From Fistulifera solaris (taxonomy: Eukaryota): DNA of 64,000 bases. A model generated the notes under the pieces. The model saw nothing but the letters and a program-made list of their open reading frames with translations, was not told the origin of the DNA and made no database searches. The stretch lies in the NCBI GenBank assembly GCA_030295235.1, contig AP026156.1, positions 124,001 to 188,000 on the forward strand, in the 5' to 3' direction. The translations under genes and the position numbers were made by a program. The first letter of the stretch is position 1; each line of letters opens with the position of its first letter. Below, one piece after another: positions 36,743 through 50,068 of the stretch.

Positions 36743-37596
36743 ATGTCATTTCTCGGCCATTACGATGCCATGCTTGATTCGATCGCGTCGGACGACGACG
36801 AGGATGTACGGCACATTATTCCTCCGGACGACGAAGCGAGTGAATCCTCTTTGGGCATGACCATTGTCTCGAGTGCGCCATCCTATGAAGAAGAAATCGT
36901 CTTTGAATGGCCTTCTTCTGCAATGCAACAATCCGAGCATATTCCCATGTCGCTTTCGACACAGGAATCGATGTCCTTGACCATGCATTCTTCTTGGGTT
37001 CTTGCAACTCACCCGCACGACATTGTTCCCGACGATGAAAACAGCAATGGCAACCATTCGGAATTGTCCTTTCAACCATCTTCGGTACCCAGTAGTGATT
37101 GTGAAGATCATCTATGGACGAGCAGCAGCAGCAGTAGCAGTTCCTCCTCTACTACTTCGATGATTCCGTCTGCGAGGGACGTTGACGACGATTGGGAACA
37201 CATTCATCGCGTGTGTCACGATGAGCAAGGTGTGTATTTACAAACTTCCAATACTACCTTGGTGAAAGCACCATGGTCGAATTGGTATCAAACCTGTCGT
37301 CGGAAGACGATTGGGACGAACTGAAATCGCGCGTGCAAGAAATCTTGCATGCCTTGGATGATTTGGAATCGTATACCGCGGAAGAATTGTTGGCCTTGTG
37401 GATTGAACAAGAAGAAGAGTTGTTTTGGAATTCGAAGCCTCCTGCAGCAGACGAAGGACTCTCGGTGCGGAGGGGGAGAAGCGGTGGCCGTAGCGGCCGC
37501 GGTGGCTTCGTTTGGAGTACTCATGTTGCGAAGGTCGTGAATCAAAAGACGTCGTTGATTTCATTTTATAATGTGTCTGTTAAAATATTTTTTTAA
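36743..37596 (+). CDS. Hypothetical acidic/Ser-rich protein, probably split by a frameshift near 37290
   Basis: Two overlapping + ORFs (193 aa and 107 aa) of similar acidic composition. Confidence 0.4.
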
Positions 37597-38467
37597 AATT
37601 TCTTTTTTGATTACTTTTTTGTAACCTGTTCTGTGGCAGCGCTATTCTCTTTCGCGGTCTTTTTTCTTCTTTTTTCTTCGCTTGATCCCCCCGCTCGTAG
37701 GCTTCAATGGACAAATCGGCGAGACGTTCTTTTTCCCGTTGGGCTTGTCGTTTCGCAATTTGTTCCGCGGTCAATCCGGCATTTTCCGATTTAATGGCCA
37801 CACCGGCAATGTGCGGTGTCAACACCAGGTCGACATCGTCATATCCCACTTCTTCGAAGATGGGTGGACGTCCATCGTCCGGTGTTTCGCCCGATACGGA
37901 ATATAAATTCTCCACGTACTCCAAATAGTTTTCACCGTTCACTTCGGTGCGTTCGACAAACAAGAACCGACCGCCGGGTTTCAAAACACGCGCGGCTTCC
38001 CGAATACTCTTTTTCCAATCCAAACCATTTTCCAACATCTTTTCGGCCGATTGCAACGAAACGACGACATCGATGGAATCATCGGGAGTTTCACACAAAT
38101 CATCGGCCCGTTGATCGACAAAGGTGACAAGACCGGCATTCCGACGATCTTGCGTTTGTTGCAATTGTCTTCGTTGTGCCACCGTCAATTGTCCGTCTTT
38201 TTCGAGAGAACTAGTAATAATTTCCCGAATCGTTCGTGGCACAAAGGTGACAATGCGTCCATCTTGGACGCCCAATTGCAAACAAGTATCGGCGGCCCGG
38301 GGGGTTTGATTGGTACACAGGGCCGCCGAGACCCATTCGGTGCGCAACGATGTCACGACATCGAGATTGACCATTTGTTGTGCTGAATTAAGGCGCGACT
38401 TCGTAGGAGGAGTAAACGCATCGCACGACACGAGAAAGATCAGAGAAGCTGCGAAGAGGAATTTCAT
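37580..38467 (-). CDS. Plastid-targeted SAM-dependent methyltransferase (Methyltransf_11-like); probable indel near 37690
   Basis: Presequence 'SCDAFTP'; 'DDSIDVVVS', 'EAARVLKPGGRFLFVE'. Confidence 0.8.
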   Translation of the reverse strand: MKFLFAASLIFLVSCDAFTPPTKSRLNSAQQMVNLDVVTSLRTEWVSAALCTNQTPRAADTCLQLGVQDGRIVTFVPRTIREIITSSLEKDGQLTVAQRRQLQQTQDRRNAGLVTFVDQRADDLCETPDDSIDVVVSLQSAEKMLENGLDWKKSIREAARVLKPGGRFLFVERTEVNGENYLEYVENLYSVSGETPDDGRPPIFEEVGYDDVDLVLTPHIAGVAIKSENAGLTAEQIAKRQAQREKERLADLSIEAYERGDQAKKKEEKRPRKRIALPQNRLQKSNQKRNFKKIF

Positions 38468-39235
38468 GGTATGACTCGTGTGTTATTGCGGAAAGAATAT
38501 TGTTGATTGAATACGTACAAAAGGTACCGTCCGATTCGTATTCTCAAAAGGGTAACAGCAAGAATAAAGAGAACGAAACACAATAATAACAATTGTTTGT
38601 TCCTTGTTGTTAACGCAATGTTGATTTGTCGAACATGCTGGCACGTCGCGATGGCAAAAACAAAAAAGTTCAACTTCGTCACTACAGTCCGTCATGCGAC
38701 CGTTAAAGTGGACGGCGCACGCACACAGGCCAGACAACCATCGTACAAACAGACAGACGGAAATCTTCGGCGACGTTGAAGCGACGATCCTCGTCGCGAA
38801 GGGCGAACTTGACGTTGGCGGATCGAGTGGATGTGACGTACACGGGCGTTGCGGCGGTTCCTTGCATCCAGCTCGTTTACTTTTCCTTTTCTCTCTATTG
38901 ATTGTCAATCAAGGTGCGTGCACCATGGGGATTCTGCCTTGAATGAGTGTTGTAGTAGTAATAGTGTGCTGATTCGAATGCAATTGTGTACTTGGTGGTG
39001 CGGCAAGGGGACGGAAGGGTTGCAAATTATTTGAAGAATCTTATGACACACAGAAAGGAGCAGATGGCAAAAAAAGCTCCGGCATTTACCTTCTTGAAAC
39101 GGGTCTTTTGTATCATTCCTCCATCGTAGCCTTCATTTCTTTTACAATAAAGAGGTCGTATTGATTTACAAAATCAGCCAGAATTCTCACTCTCATTATT
39201 ATTTCCTTTTTCACTGCAGTCGAATAATTGGAAAT

Positions 39236-39873
39236 ATGAAGGCCTTTATCCTTGCTACTCTCTTTGCCGCCGTTTCGGCTTTCACCAGCAGCCCCAAGAC
39301 GTCGGTACGTTTTGAAAAAGTAACAGTGTAACAAGCATTCAAGTTTTTATTTTGTGATCGAACTCTCATTTTCCCTTCTTTGCCTTTTTCACAGTTCGTC
39401 AGCAAGACGGCCTTGAACGCCAAACAAGTGCCGTCCAAGTTGGAATACTGCCCCTGCATTCCTCTTTCGGACCTTCCCAAACCCGGCAAGGCCACGTCCG
39501 GTGTCGCCGGAGGACTCGCGATTTGCATTGCCGTCGACAGCAAAGGCAGTGTGTACGCCCTCGGTGACAAGTGCCCCCGATCAACCAGCCCCTTTCCTTT
39601 GGCAAAGTCAATGCCGATGGCACCATTGAAGATCCCCTCTTGGGCACCAAGTTCAGTCTCAAGACGGGCGATGTCGTCAGCTGGTGCCCATCCGGCATTG
39701 GCAAGATTTTGGGTGGTGCCTTTTCGCCCACCGGTGTCCCCGTGTACCCCGTCCGTCAACGTGGTGGCAACATTGAAGTTCAGGTCGATGTCAATGCCAA
39801 GTACAACTTTGAAGCCAACTACTGGTCGGGTATCTTGGATGCTCAAGGAAAGGACACGGGTACCTACTATTAA
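39236..39873 (+). CDS. Plastid-targeted Rieske-like protein lacking canonical cluster ligands; intron 39305-39394; missing C near 39575
   Basis: MKAFILATLFAAVSAFT presequence; 'VYALGDKCPPINQPL...IEDPLLGTKFSLKTGDV..WCP...VYPV'. Confidence 0.75.
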
Positions 39874-40356
39874 GTTTTCTTGGATGTAGGTGTAATCTCC
39901 ATGGCGCTATAGACCTTTTCTAGTTTTAGAATGTGTTTGTCGTATCGTAGACCTATTTGCGGATGTTGGATGAATGCTCTAGTTGATCAGTTATATTCCG
40001 ACGGTCACCAAAAGCTTTTTTTAAAGCCATAGGTAAGTTACGGAGTAGATCATTCTGAAAGATGGAGATGGATCCTCCGAACACGACTCAATCAGTAAGA
40101 CCCGGATCTTTCTTTCATGTCGCCGACGTCATCATCTCACAGTAGAACAAAAAGTACAAATGTCACGACCCTTCAACGGAAACACGAGTGTTGACTGTTG
40201 GCCGCGAAGACGAAGCATGCGGCTATTTTTCACACCCGCCATCATGGCGAAAAGGGACTCGAAACGAAACGCCGCTGCTGCAGAACAGAATAATTGAATT
40301 AATAACATTGAATACAATCGTCTCTATTTATCTCTCCTTTCCTTTGACGAAAAGCA

Positions 40357-41204
40357 ATGACAATTGTGTATGCGCTCGTGTCGGTCGGAGGCAAAAATGT
40401 CTTGGCCGAATATACCGCAACATCCGGTGAGTTTGAAAGAGAGAGAAAGACCTGTGTATGTTCTTTTTCGTTTTGAAGTGTCTCACACACACGGAAAGCC
40501 ACAGGCAATTTTCCTACGGTCACACGGGTCTTGTTGGCGAAAATTCCCGCGCACGATGGTCAAATGACGTATCAATACGATAATTACAATTTTCATTACA
40601 TTGTCGAAGGCGGTGTGTGTTTTTTGTGCATGTCCGACCAGGCCAACAAACACCGGATTCCGTACGCCTTTTTGAATGATATGAAAGCACGATTTTGGGC
40701 CCAATTTGGCAACGAAGAACCGCTGCAAGCCATTGCGTTTTCGTACAATGAATCCTTTGCTCCTATCCTAGAAGAACGCATGAATTTTTACAATTCCGAA
40801 GAAGCGGACCAAACGATTGATAACATTGGTGCCGTCAAAAGTCAAATTGAAGATGTGAAACAAGTCATGGTACAGAATATTGAAAAGGTGCGTGTGGCAA
40901 AAAGAGGACTTTTGCGGTTTCATTTTAGTCGCGTACTCACTCTTCCTGTGCTTCCTGTGGATTTACTTGTATATAGGTTCTGGAACGGGGAGAAAAAATC
41001 GAATTGCTCGTGGACAAGACGGATCGTCTCAATCAACAAGCCTTTCGTTTCGAATCATCGAGTCGCAATCTCCGCCGAGCCATGTATTGGCGGAAGATGC
41101 GGTGCTACGCGTATATGGGTGTCGCTGCATTGGTCCTCCTATTGGTAGGATCGGCGTCCTTGTGCGGGGGTGTGGACTTTCGTCATTGTCGGGCTCATCA
41201 TTGA
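40357..41204 (+). CDS. VAMP7: Longin R-SNARE VAMP7/VAMP71; introns 40427-40504 and 40888-40976
   Basis: MTIVYALV...LAEY...G|NF, 'VKQVMVQNIEK|VLERGEKIELLVDKT', C-terminal TM. Confidence 0.93.
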
Positions 41205-41323
41205 GTATCTAGCAAATCTTATGAAAGACATTTCGGATTCATCTCTTTCTTTTTTCACCATGAACGGTAAAGGAGTATTTTCATGTATTAATTTAATTCG
41301 ATTTTACCTAAAAAGTTATAAGC

Positions 41324-42919
41324 TCACGCCACGAAATCGACATTGTATTCGCCGTCAAAAGCCATTTCGGTTTCATCAAAGCCCACGGTAGGGAACGAAC
41401 AAGCAAATTCGCTCACTTCTTTGCGCAATTGCACCAAATCGGCATCCACGGAAGGACCCACGGCACACAGTTCGCGGAATCCCTTCAACTTTTGACCCTG
41501 TTCCGTCTGTTTCAATTTGAGGGCAATTTGGACGGCCCGGTCAAAAAAGTGCGCCACTTTGGCGAAATCGTCTTCCATCAAGCCGCGGGACGTGAGTGCG
41601 GGAGTTCCCATGCGAATGCCACCGGGCATGAGGGCCGACGTATCCCCCGGAATCGTGTTCTTGTTGGTGGCAATGCACGCCAATTCGAGGACGCGTTCGA
41701 CGCGTGCCCCATCAATCTGTTTGGACGATTTGACATCAATTAATACCAAATGATTGTCGGTGCCACCACTGACCAAGTGGTAACCCAAGGTCTGGAGTTC
41801 TTGCGCCAATCGGGCACAATTCGCCAAGACTTGCTTTTGGTATTCGACAAACCCGGGTGTCGACGCTTGTTTCAAACAAGTGGCCAATGCTCCAATGGTG
41901 TGGTTGTGCGGTCCCCCTTGCAAACCGGGAAAAACGGCAAAATTGATTTTCTCTTCGTAATCATAAAAGACCGGATTACCCTTCTTGTCATTTCCTTTCA
42001 GGCCTTTGCGATAGAAAATCATGGCCCCCGAGGACCTCGTAAACTTTTATGCGTCGTCGTGGTGACAATATCGGCCCACGGAAAGCAGGACGGAATCACT
42101 TCGGCCGCAATGAGTCCACTAATGTGCGCCATATCCGCCAATACGTAGGCACCCACTTGATCGGCAATGGCACGAATCCGTTCGTAATCAATGAGACGCG
42201 AATACGCGGACGCTCCGGCCACAATGAGTTTCGGACGAAACAATTCGGCACTTTGTTCCATTTGATCGTAATCAATCAAACCGGTCGATTCATCGAGACG
42301 GTACGGCATCGATTCAAAGTAACGCGAGACCATGGAAATCTTTTTTGTCGGAGTTTGATAGCCATGAGACAAGTGTCCTCCGTGCGGTAGATCCAACGAA
42401 AGAATACGGTCGTGTGTGTTGAGAAGTGCTGTGTAAACCTAGAGAGTATGTGTGATGATGAATGAGAAAACGAACGAAATCCAATCCAACATTCCCCGAC
42501 GGACGCACCTGAAAATTCGCGGGCGATCCCGAAAGAGACTGCACATTGACACCCCATTCGTCCGGATTGAGATGAAAGGCCTCTAAGGCGCGTTGTTGAC
42601 ACAAGAGTTCGACTTGATCAATGTTTTCATTCCCACCATAATACCGTGCCCCGGGATATCCTTCACTGTACTTGTTTGACAAGACGGAACCCAAAGCTTC
42701 CAAAACGGCTTTGGACGTGAAGTTTTCACTAGCAATCAAAACTAGACTGTTACGTTGACGCGCTTTTTCTTGTTCAATTAATTGTAAGAGTTCTGGATCG
42801 GTTTCGGCGAGACTATGATTGAGACTTGATCCGACGGAAGAGGACAAAGGGCGGAGGAACGAAGCACGCGGAAGTGTTCGTGTCGCCCATCGTGCAGCGG
42901 TTTTTGTGAAAGATAGCAT
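41324..42919 (-). CDS. SHMT2: Serine hydroxymethyltransferase, mitochondrial-type; intron 42439-42508; missing G near 42025
   Basis: 'LIASENF', '[15 protein letters not shown]', PLP-Lys '[13 protein letters not shown]', '[10 protein letters not shown]'; mitochondrial-like presequence. Confidence 0.95.
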
Positions 42920-43524
42920 GATTGTTTATATCTAATTCAGCTAAGGAGACGAATGCTAGCTTTGTTTCTCGAATTGATCGTTCTTTTGTTTCGTTGCTAG
43001 GATTGAAGAATGATCAATGACACGCAAGAATGATTATGCTTTCAATAGATGAAGCGCAACAAAAACGAGACGCGAAGACGACGCAACGATGACGTAAGCG
43101 CAAAGAACAGTCCACTATGTTGTTCATAGTGCAGCTCGGTGCGGTATTGACCGAATGAACGGGACCCGGCTCTTCGATGACGACGAGGCTGAGACGATGG
43201 GATTGCTATTCGGCTTTGCCAGAAATAAAAACAAACCATTTTTGTTTTGCATTAGCATTGACAGATCAGTGTATCTGCATTGTAAAGGCTTGCGCTGCAA
43301 AAATCGATAGGTCCGTTACGAAAGCAAACGGACGATCAATTGGTAATGGCAATCAACAACACTATTGTGTGTGCCCTCATTTTCGAATAGGAGAAAGTGC
43401 GGACGGTTCGTTCTACACACATAATACTTCAACATGCTTTTACTGCATAAAAATAGTTCTATAGCTTCAAACATCATGAAACACCGACATCCGAACAAAG
43501 CAGCAGAACTAAACCATGCTAAAG

Positions 43525-44767
43525 CTAAGAGCTTGGAAATTTCACTCTTACTTCCTCTTCCGAAAGAAAACCAAGGTTTTGATTCATGCTGCCATTGAAC
43601 AGACGCCGTTCCCATGAGTTGATATCAAAGTACAGGTAAGAGCCGTTGTCGCGTTTGAACCACAGCTTCAGTTCGCCGTGGTATCGCCATTCGCGGGTGT
43701 AGAGTTCTTGGGCGGCGTAGGCTTGCAGAACATCTTTCGGCAGAGAATAAAAAATGTAGAACAACGTTTCCAGCTGAAATTTTGATAAATGTCCCGTTTT
43801 TAATGCCGGTGCTTGCATGTAATAGCAGGATGGCAACTGATATTATTGTAGAAGGAGTCATGAGCCACCAGTTGACTCACCAAAGAACAGAGAAACTCCA
43901 TTTCGAACGTACCTGGAAATGAGGTTCTTTCGCGGGTGCTCCATCGGACCAAGGTCCTGAAAAAGTAGAATAGATCTGCTCTGTTGATCCTAAATTCAAT
44001 CCCAGTAATGTCAAATCGGAGCCCAGTGCCAGTGCATTTCGATCCGCATCGGTCATTCGAATGACACCCAAAAGTCCCAACAGACCATAATCACCACTCA
44101 GTGCACTACCCCCTGCTACTACTGACGCCGCGGAGCCTATCGCTCCCGCCGAAGGAGCCGATCGGTTCATTGGTGGATGTTGCGTTGATCCAGGTTGCTG
44201 AAGGCCGCGCAGGGCACCAAGTCCGCCCAAGCCAGTATTTCCGAGCAACCCTGAAGCTCCGTCTAGTTGCAAGCCGTCCATTTCCGGTTTGTACATAGCC
44301 AGTCCACTGGATTGATTTCTCCCAATCGAAGATGGTAAGAGCGATCCATTGGAAGGTCCCACCACTCCGGAATTGGGTGCCGAACCCGTACTCAAGGCCG
44401 GAAAATCCTCTGACGCCATGTTGAAGTTTCCATTCCCCGTCATGGCCAGTCGGTATTTTCCTTGACCTTGCATCATCTGTTGGTGGGCCATTATTTGCTG
44501 TTGTTGTTGATGTTGTTGCCGTAACGCCGCGAGCCCCGATCCACCCAGTGTCGGAAAATCACTCAAATCGAACGAAGTTGTCCCTCCCGTCAATTCATTC
44601 CCAAAATTCGTATTGTTGTTATTATTATTGAGTGATGAGAAACCACCCTCTAGTAGATCGGACGGACCGCTGCTAAACATCCCCAAGTTCAAATAATCGG
44701 TAGTACCTCCGGAGCTTCTTCCGTCGACGGAAGAAGCAGCCGAAGAGGCTGTACTGGGTGCCTCCAT
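43525..44767 (-). CDS. NOT2: CCR4-NOT complex subunit NOT2; intron 43837-43912
   Basis: 'YGLLGLLGVIRM...LALGSDLTLLGLNL', NOT box 'ETLFYIFYSLPKDVLQAYAAQELYTREWRYH'. Confidence 0.92.
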
Positions 44768-45868
44768 TGTTTAATTATCTCACTGCAAGCGTAAAAAGGA
44801 ATAGTTAGAAACAATTGTTGATGATATACTCTTGAAATAATTTCTAAACGAAAAAGATATCATTTGCTGCGTAATTCGATGCTTCAGTAAAAACCGAGAA
44901 ACGCTATAACAATGTCCTTCTCGACGAATTTAATCAAGAAAGCTTCAATCGATGCTTTGTGTAGAAGCAAAACAAATGAAATAGAAAGAAAAGATGTTCG
45001 GCCTCAAAAGAAATACGCACTACAAACGACAACGTTTTCGCGCTGCGCCCGAAGACAGCTCTTGTGAAAACATTATTTCTCCACCATGCTAGCACAGGAG
45101 CCCGTTCCGCCCCCTCTATCGCACCTTTTATTTATAACCGATCAAGTAAATTGAATAATTCTAAAAAAACATAAAAAGACGACACACTATTCACCATGGT
45201 CGTCCTTACCTTGCAGCATTCGTTTTAGCACGGCGTGTTGTTATTGTTGTTGTAGTGGTCTATGCGTCGTCCGAAACCAAACGGCACGCAGTAACCTCTC
45301 ATCATCACCACGTGAAACGAGATGCTTTCGACGAAATGTCGCAGTTCGGTCATTCACTATAGGATCTTGGTACAGATTCGTGCACGAATTCGTTTTCTCT
45401 CGTCTCGTCTGTACTTGGGGGGTCATTCGAAGGTTGAATTATTGACTGCCTGGCGAAAGAGCTAGCTAGAGCTCTAGAGAGCCCCATCTTTGTTTTGAAC
45501 CATAGTCCACAATAGCTTCATCTACTTTGGTTGTGCCGGCTATACGGACAGCATTGGAATTTGTAATCCAAGCAAGTACGTTCAGAAAGCCCTCGTTTCT
45601 CAAAGAATAAGCATTAGGAATCGTTTCCAAAACACGAAATTAACAACTAGAAGTCGCTACAAAGAGACAATTACCAGGACTGCATTGATTAGATTTATTT
45701 CATGCTGTAAGATATTCATGGATTTGGTAAGTGTAGGTGTGTTATGGATCTCCTTTTTTTGAAAAATTTTGCCTTTTTACATTGTTTCTCAATTTTGTCC
45801 GTGTTTGTCAAAGAATATGCCATCCTGATTCATATATAGTTGCATTTGGGGACGCACATTGCGTCATT

Positions 45869-46375
45869 TTAGGAATGTTTGCGAGGTTGTTGAATGGGAC
45901 GATGGATCACCGGAGGCAGCCGGGCCGTCGTTGGCTTGACTGGCAGGGGCGCGAAGGTCATGTTCTTGTGCCAATACGCCGGTGAAGTCTTGATCAAACT
46001 TCGTTCCTGGACGGCATACCGTGCGAGATGATGTTGATGTGGTTTGATGCGAACGGAATGCTGCGCCGGCTTAGGACGTCCGATCAATCCACGTTGACGA
46101 CGGACTTCCCATCGTTTGCGAATGTGACCAAAGTGATGACGCGCCTGTTCTTCCGCTTCTTCCAACAAGGCCAGCATAGCCATGGTCTCGACAAAGGCTT
46201 CACAGGCTTCCAACTCCGCGGCCTCTTGAGCGTCCGGTGGAAAACATTCCAAGGGGTCCTCAATGCCGTGTAAAATATCGTAAATATCTTGTTCCGTGGT
46301 GAGCACTAAAGACGGGACGCCATTGTTGTAAATGGCAAAGGCGTCTTCGGGAAGATCGAACGAAAGGGGTGCCAT
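45869..46375 (-). CDS. Hypothetical protein
   Basis: 168-aa ATG ORF in an otherwise empty interval; coding-like composition. Confidence 0.6.
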   Translation of the reverse strand: MAPLSFDLPEDAFAIYNNGVPSLVLTTEQDIYDILHGIEDPLECFPPDAQEAAELEACEAFVETMAMLALLEEAEEQARHHFGHIRKRWEVRRQRGLIGRPKPAQHSVRIKPHQHHLARYAVQERSLIKTSPAYWHKNMTFAPLPVKPTTARLPPVIHRPIQQPRKHS

Positions 46376-46878
46376 GGCGATTTGAAAAGGTGTGTAAGAT
46401 GAGAGAGCGAACGGATATTATAAGCCAAAGGATTTGGGTGGTTCGTTTTGTTGTGGATCGATCCTTTCCCATGGATGTCACATGGATGTCAAAGAAAATT
46501 GTTCTGTCGGAGATGTTTTGGATGCGTTTTCTCACGTAGGCATCAGTACTGCGGGCTACGCAGTACTTTTTCATTGATGCGAATGTTCGTTTCGTTTTCT
46601 TCGTGTGTTCTCGTTATAGCGAGCGCGAGAACGCGCACGTTCAGTACCCTCATCCCTATTGCAGCATAAGGGTCATTCATCTTGGATTGTTTCGAAGAAG
46701 AAAAATAAAAGACCCGCGCAAAAAGGGGACATCGACATCACGAGAAGAGACGCAAGAAACGAACGGAGTATACTAATATCTTTCACAAAAATTGTTTCGT
46801 TCCTTCATTCATTCCTTTGTTTGATACGAAACGACGCGAGCATAGAAAGACATTCATTTGAAACTGCAAGAAAGAATC

Positions 46879-47931
46879 ATGTTCAAAGGAGATCAAGCCT
46901 ACATTGCCTCGGTGGTGGCCACCTACTGGATCGTATCGATCAGTATGGTATACCTCAATAAAATTCTCATGAGCAGTGACACGGTGTCCATTCCGGCTCC
47001 ACTCTTCATTACGTGGTTTCAATGCGTCATTACCGCTCTCATTTGTTACGCCGCGGGAGAATTGGCGCATTCGAAACTGAAGCGCGAAGCGGACGAAGAA
47101 GAATCGTTGAACGACAATGGCAAACCGTCCTTTTGGGCCCAATTCCCCAAAGCACAGTATTTGATAGGAACCGGACAAAAAGTCTTTCCATTGTCGCTCG
47201 TGTTTGTGGGCATGATTACCTTTAACAATTTGTGTCTTAAATGGGTCGAAGTCTCGTTCTACAATGTGGCCCGTTCGTTGACCATTGTCTTTAACGTGAT
47301 TCTCACACAAGCCATGTTGGGAGGCTCCACGTCCGCACAAGTCCTGGGATGTCTTGGCATTGTCATTCTCGGATTCTTTGTCGGGGCCCAGGGAGAAATC
47401 AACTTTTCCGTTTGGGGCACGTTGGCCGGGGTCTTGTCGTCGCTGTTCGTGTCACTCAACTCGATTTATACCAAAAAAGTCTTGCCCGTCGTCGACAATG
47501 ATCACTGGAAATTGACCTTCTACAACAATGTCAATGCTTGTATTCTCTTTGTGCCCATGATATTGGTCTTTGAACACCAACCGCTCGCGGCGGCTTTTGG
47601 CAAACAATTCTTGTCACCCCTCTTTTGGTCGGCCATGATGATGGCGGGATTCTTTGGTTTTTCGATTGGGATTGTCACCGTGTTACAAATCAAGGCGACG
47701 AGTCCGTTGTCGCATAATATTAGCGGCACGGCCAAGGCGGCGGTGCAATCGATTTTGGCGTTTTATTTGTGGGGCAATGAATGGACGTTCTTGGGTCTTT
47801 TGGGAATTGCCATGGTGTTGGGTGGTTCGCTCCTCTATACCATCATTAAGATGAACGAAAGTGTGCCCAAGGTAACCTCGTCAACAACGAAAGAGGAAGA
47901 TGTGGAGCTTCAAAAGCCACTGAAGTCCTAA
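46879..47931 (+). CDS. SLC35C1: GDP-fucose transporter (SLC35C1-like nucleotide-sugar transporter)
   Basis: 'YWIVSISMVYLNK', 'APLFITWFQC', 'FNNLCLKWVEVSFYNVARSLT', 'QIKATSPLSHNISGTAKA'. Confidence 0.9.
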   Translation: MFKGDQAYIASVVATYWIVSISMVYLNKILMSSDTVSIPAPLFITWFQCVITALICYAAGELAHSKLKREADEEESLNDNGKPSFWAQFPKAQYLIGTGQKVFPLSLVFVGMITFNNLCLKWVEVSFYNVARSLTIVFNVILTQAMLGGSTSAQVLGCLGIVILGFFVGAQGEINFSVWGTLAGVLSSLFVSLNSIYTKKVLPVVDNDHWKLTFYNNVNACILFVPMILVFEHQPLAAAFGKQFLSPLFWSAMMMAGFFGFSIGIVTVLQIKATSPLSHNISGTAKAAVQSILAFYLWGNEWTFLGLLGIAMVLGGSLLYTIIKMNESVPKVTSSTTKEEDVELQKPLKS

Positions 47932-48432
47932 GGGAGCGACGGTTTCTTCATGTTATGCTGCCTTTGTTAAGTAATATGCCTTACAGTTCAAAGTTGAATG
48001 GCGCTTCGATTCTATAAAAAAAATACGGGGTGTAAGTTTGACTTGCTTGTTGGTAACTACGGAGTAACATAATATGGTGCAATCTTGAACCAAACGAGTC
48101 GAATGTAGTCTAAACCTAAATAATGTGCCGGTCAAAAGTCACGAGTTAGGGCGAGTTTGATCTTCCAATTTCGTCGAGTGGCGGAAGGCCACCACTGGTA
48201 TTTGCAGCAACAGTCGTAAACGAAGAGATCATGTATCATGTGCTTGTCAATACGACCGCATGTTTCATGTTGCCTCTCAACAAAATTGATGTTCGCTATT
48301 CGCTAAGCTCGATCGAACGGATCGGCGCGGGCGAAAGATGTTTGAAGTCCGGTCTCGCGGTCGTCTTGCGTTCCTCAAACAATGACATAGTGCAGTGCAA
48401 GTGCTAGACATGTGACTTCTCCACTGCTGACG

Positions 48433-48681
48433 TCCACTTCACTGCCGTGAGGAAATTTCACTTCCACTTCACTTCGCTTCCAAGTCAGAAGGGTTCACTG
48501 CCAAGTACTACATTTACGTAAAGCTACGTAGGAAGTCAAAACCCTAGTGCACTTAAGTCAGTCCCTAGAGTAAGTGACTGACTAGAGTACAGTTTAGCTA
48601 ATACTTTACTCAGTGCGACACGGGAGTGATTTCACTTCCACTTCACTGCCGAGAGCTTGCCTTGGAAGTCACTTCACTGCC
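48433..48681. repeat. Cluster of CACTTCACT-based direct repeats
   Basis: ATTTCACTTCCACTTCACT at 48455 and 48629; TCCACTTCACTGCCG at 48433 and 48637; CACTTCACTGCC at 48670. Confidence 0.8.
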
Positions 48682-50068
48682 ACAGAATTTTAGAGGGAGT
48701 CACATGCCTAGCAAGTGCTCTATAGTTTGGCTCGAGTGCTGAGTCTGTAACGAAACGAAACGGCATTAAAGGGTTCGTCCGGTGTCCGGTTGCGGCGATC
48801 TTAAGACATAGTTCGCCGACTTTGAAATCGACTGTAATAAGAAAGCACATGGTAACATTATGCATCACATTTTGCTGATGCATTTCTGATAGCTATTAAC
48901 ATTGAACTTTATTGTTCGTTGAAGGGAAGAAATTATTCTTTGAGGCATAATTTCGATGATGAATCTTGAATCTTGCTTCTTGCCTCTTGCCATCTGCCAT
49001 CTCGTTCCTCGGTCATTTCACTCTAAAGCGATTGTCGGTTCGTATTATTACTCCGTATAATTTTTTTCTAGTCTCTAGTCTCTAGTACTCCTTAGCTATT
49101 TTCAATACTCCGTAATAGCCAAAAGCCAAATACCAGTCACCAAGCATTAAATCCGTACTCAAAAGCCTATTTGAAGTGGAAGCTGGGAGCTGGAGACTGG
49201 AGAATAATGATGAATGACAAGATTGGGTCCGTTCGGGGCACAAGGCACAAGTGTCAAGCAGCGAAAGCGAATAGCGAACGGCTCGCAAAGGGCAAGTGAG
49301 AGCAGAGTCAGTTTGGAGTCCGGATCCGAAGTCTTGAATCTTAAAAGAAGAGATAATCGAATCATAATGGATCATTTACATTCACGCGTTTGGCGTTCGG
49401 CCCATTAGCGTTGGGAATTTATTGTTCAGCTTCGAAGTCACTTAGTCCTCCGTCCCACGATCCTTCGTCCTCCTAAAACGGCGGAAAGATGAGGTATGAG
49501 GTGCGAGCTCGGAGTGTGAGCTAGTGACGTGAGAGTTGCGTTTTGCCCTTCAAAAGGCATGAAGCATCAAGCGCTCGTCTGATTCATGGTGTAGGTTGTA
49601 GGTGTACTACTTTCTAAATAAGTACATGGTACAAGTACGGAGTAAAAAGCGTGACGCTTGAGGCTTGAGTCATTACCTGGTACTTCATACCTTGGGTCCG
49701 GTACTTCTTAGTCGTTAAAAGGACAAACGTTAAAGTGCAAGTTGCTGTTTCTGTTCCCCATTCAAAGAGCGCGAAGCGCGGAGAATCGCTGCAACTCCTA
49801 TCTCCTAACATGATTCACGCATGACTTTAGATCACTTGAATCATAAAGTGTTGAGTCAGAGGGGCAATAGACAAAACGAAGGAAATACTCGAATGGAGCG
49901 AACCATATCGAATGTGTCAGAAGCAAAAACTAGAAATAATTGTAGGTCTCATCTTCTCACTTCTCATCAGTATCAATTGCTCCAAAACACAACTTCTTGT
50001 TTCATTTCGTTAACTCGCGACGCGCAACTTGCAGTTCATTCTACGCCATCCTTCATAATCATCTCACC

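Noticed and set aside
48433..48681. CRISPR-like repeat-spacer array
   Set aside because: The repeats are short, unequal and irregularly spaced; the context is eukaryotic with no cas genes.
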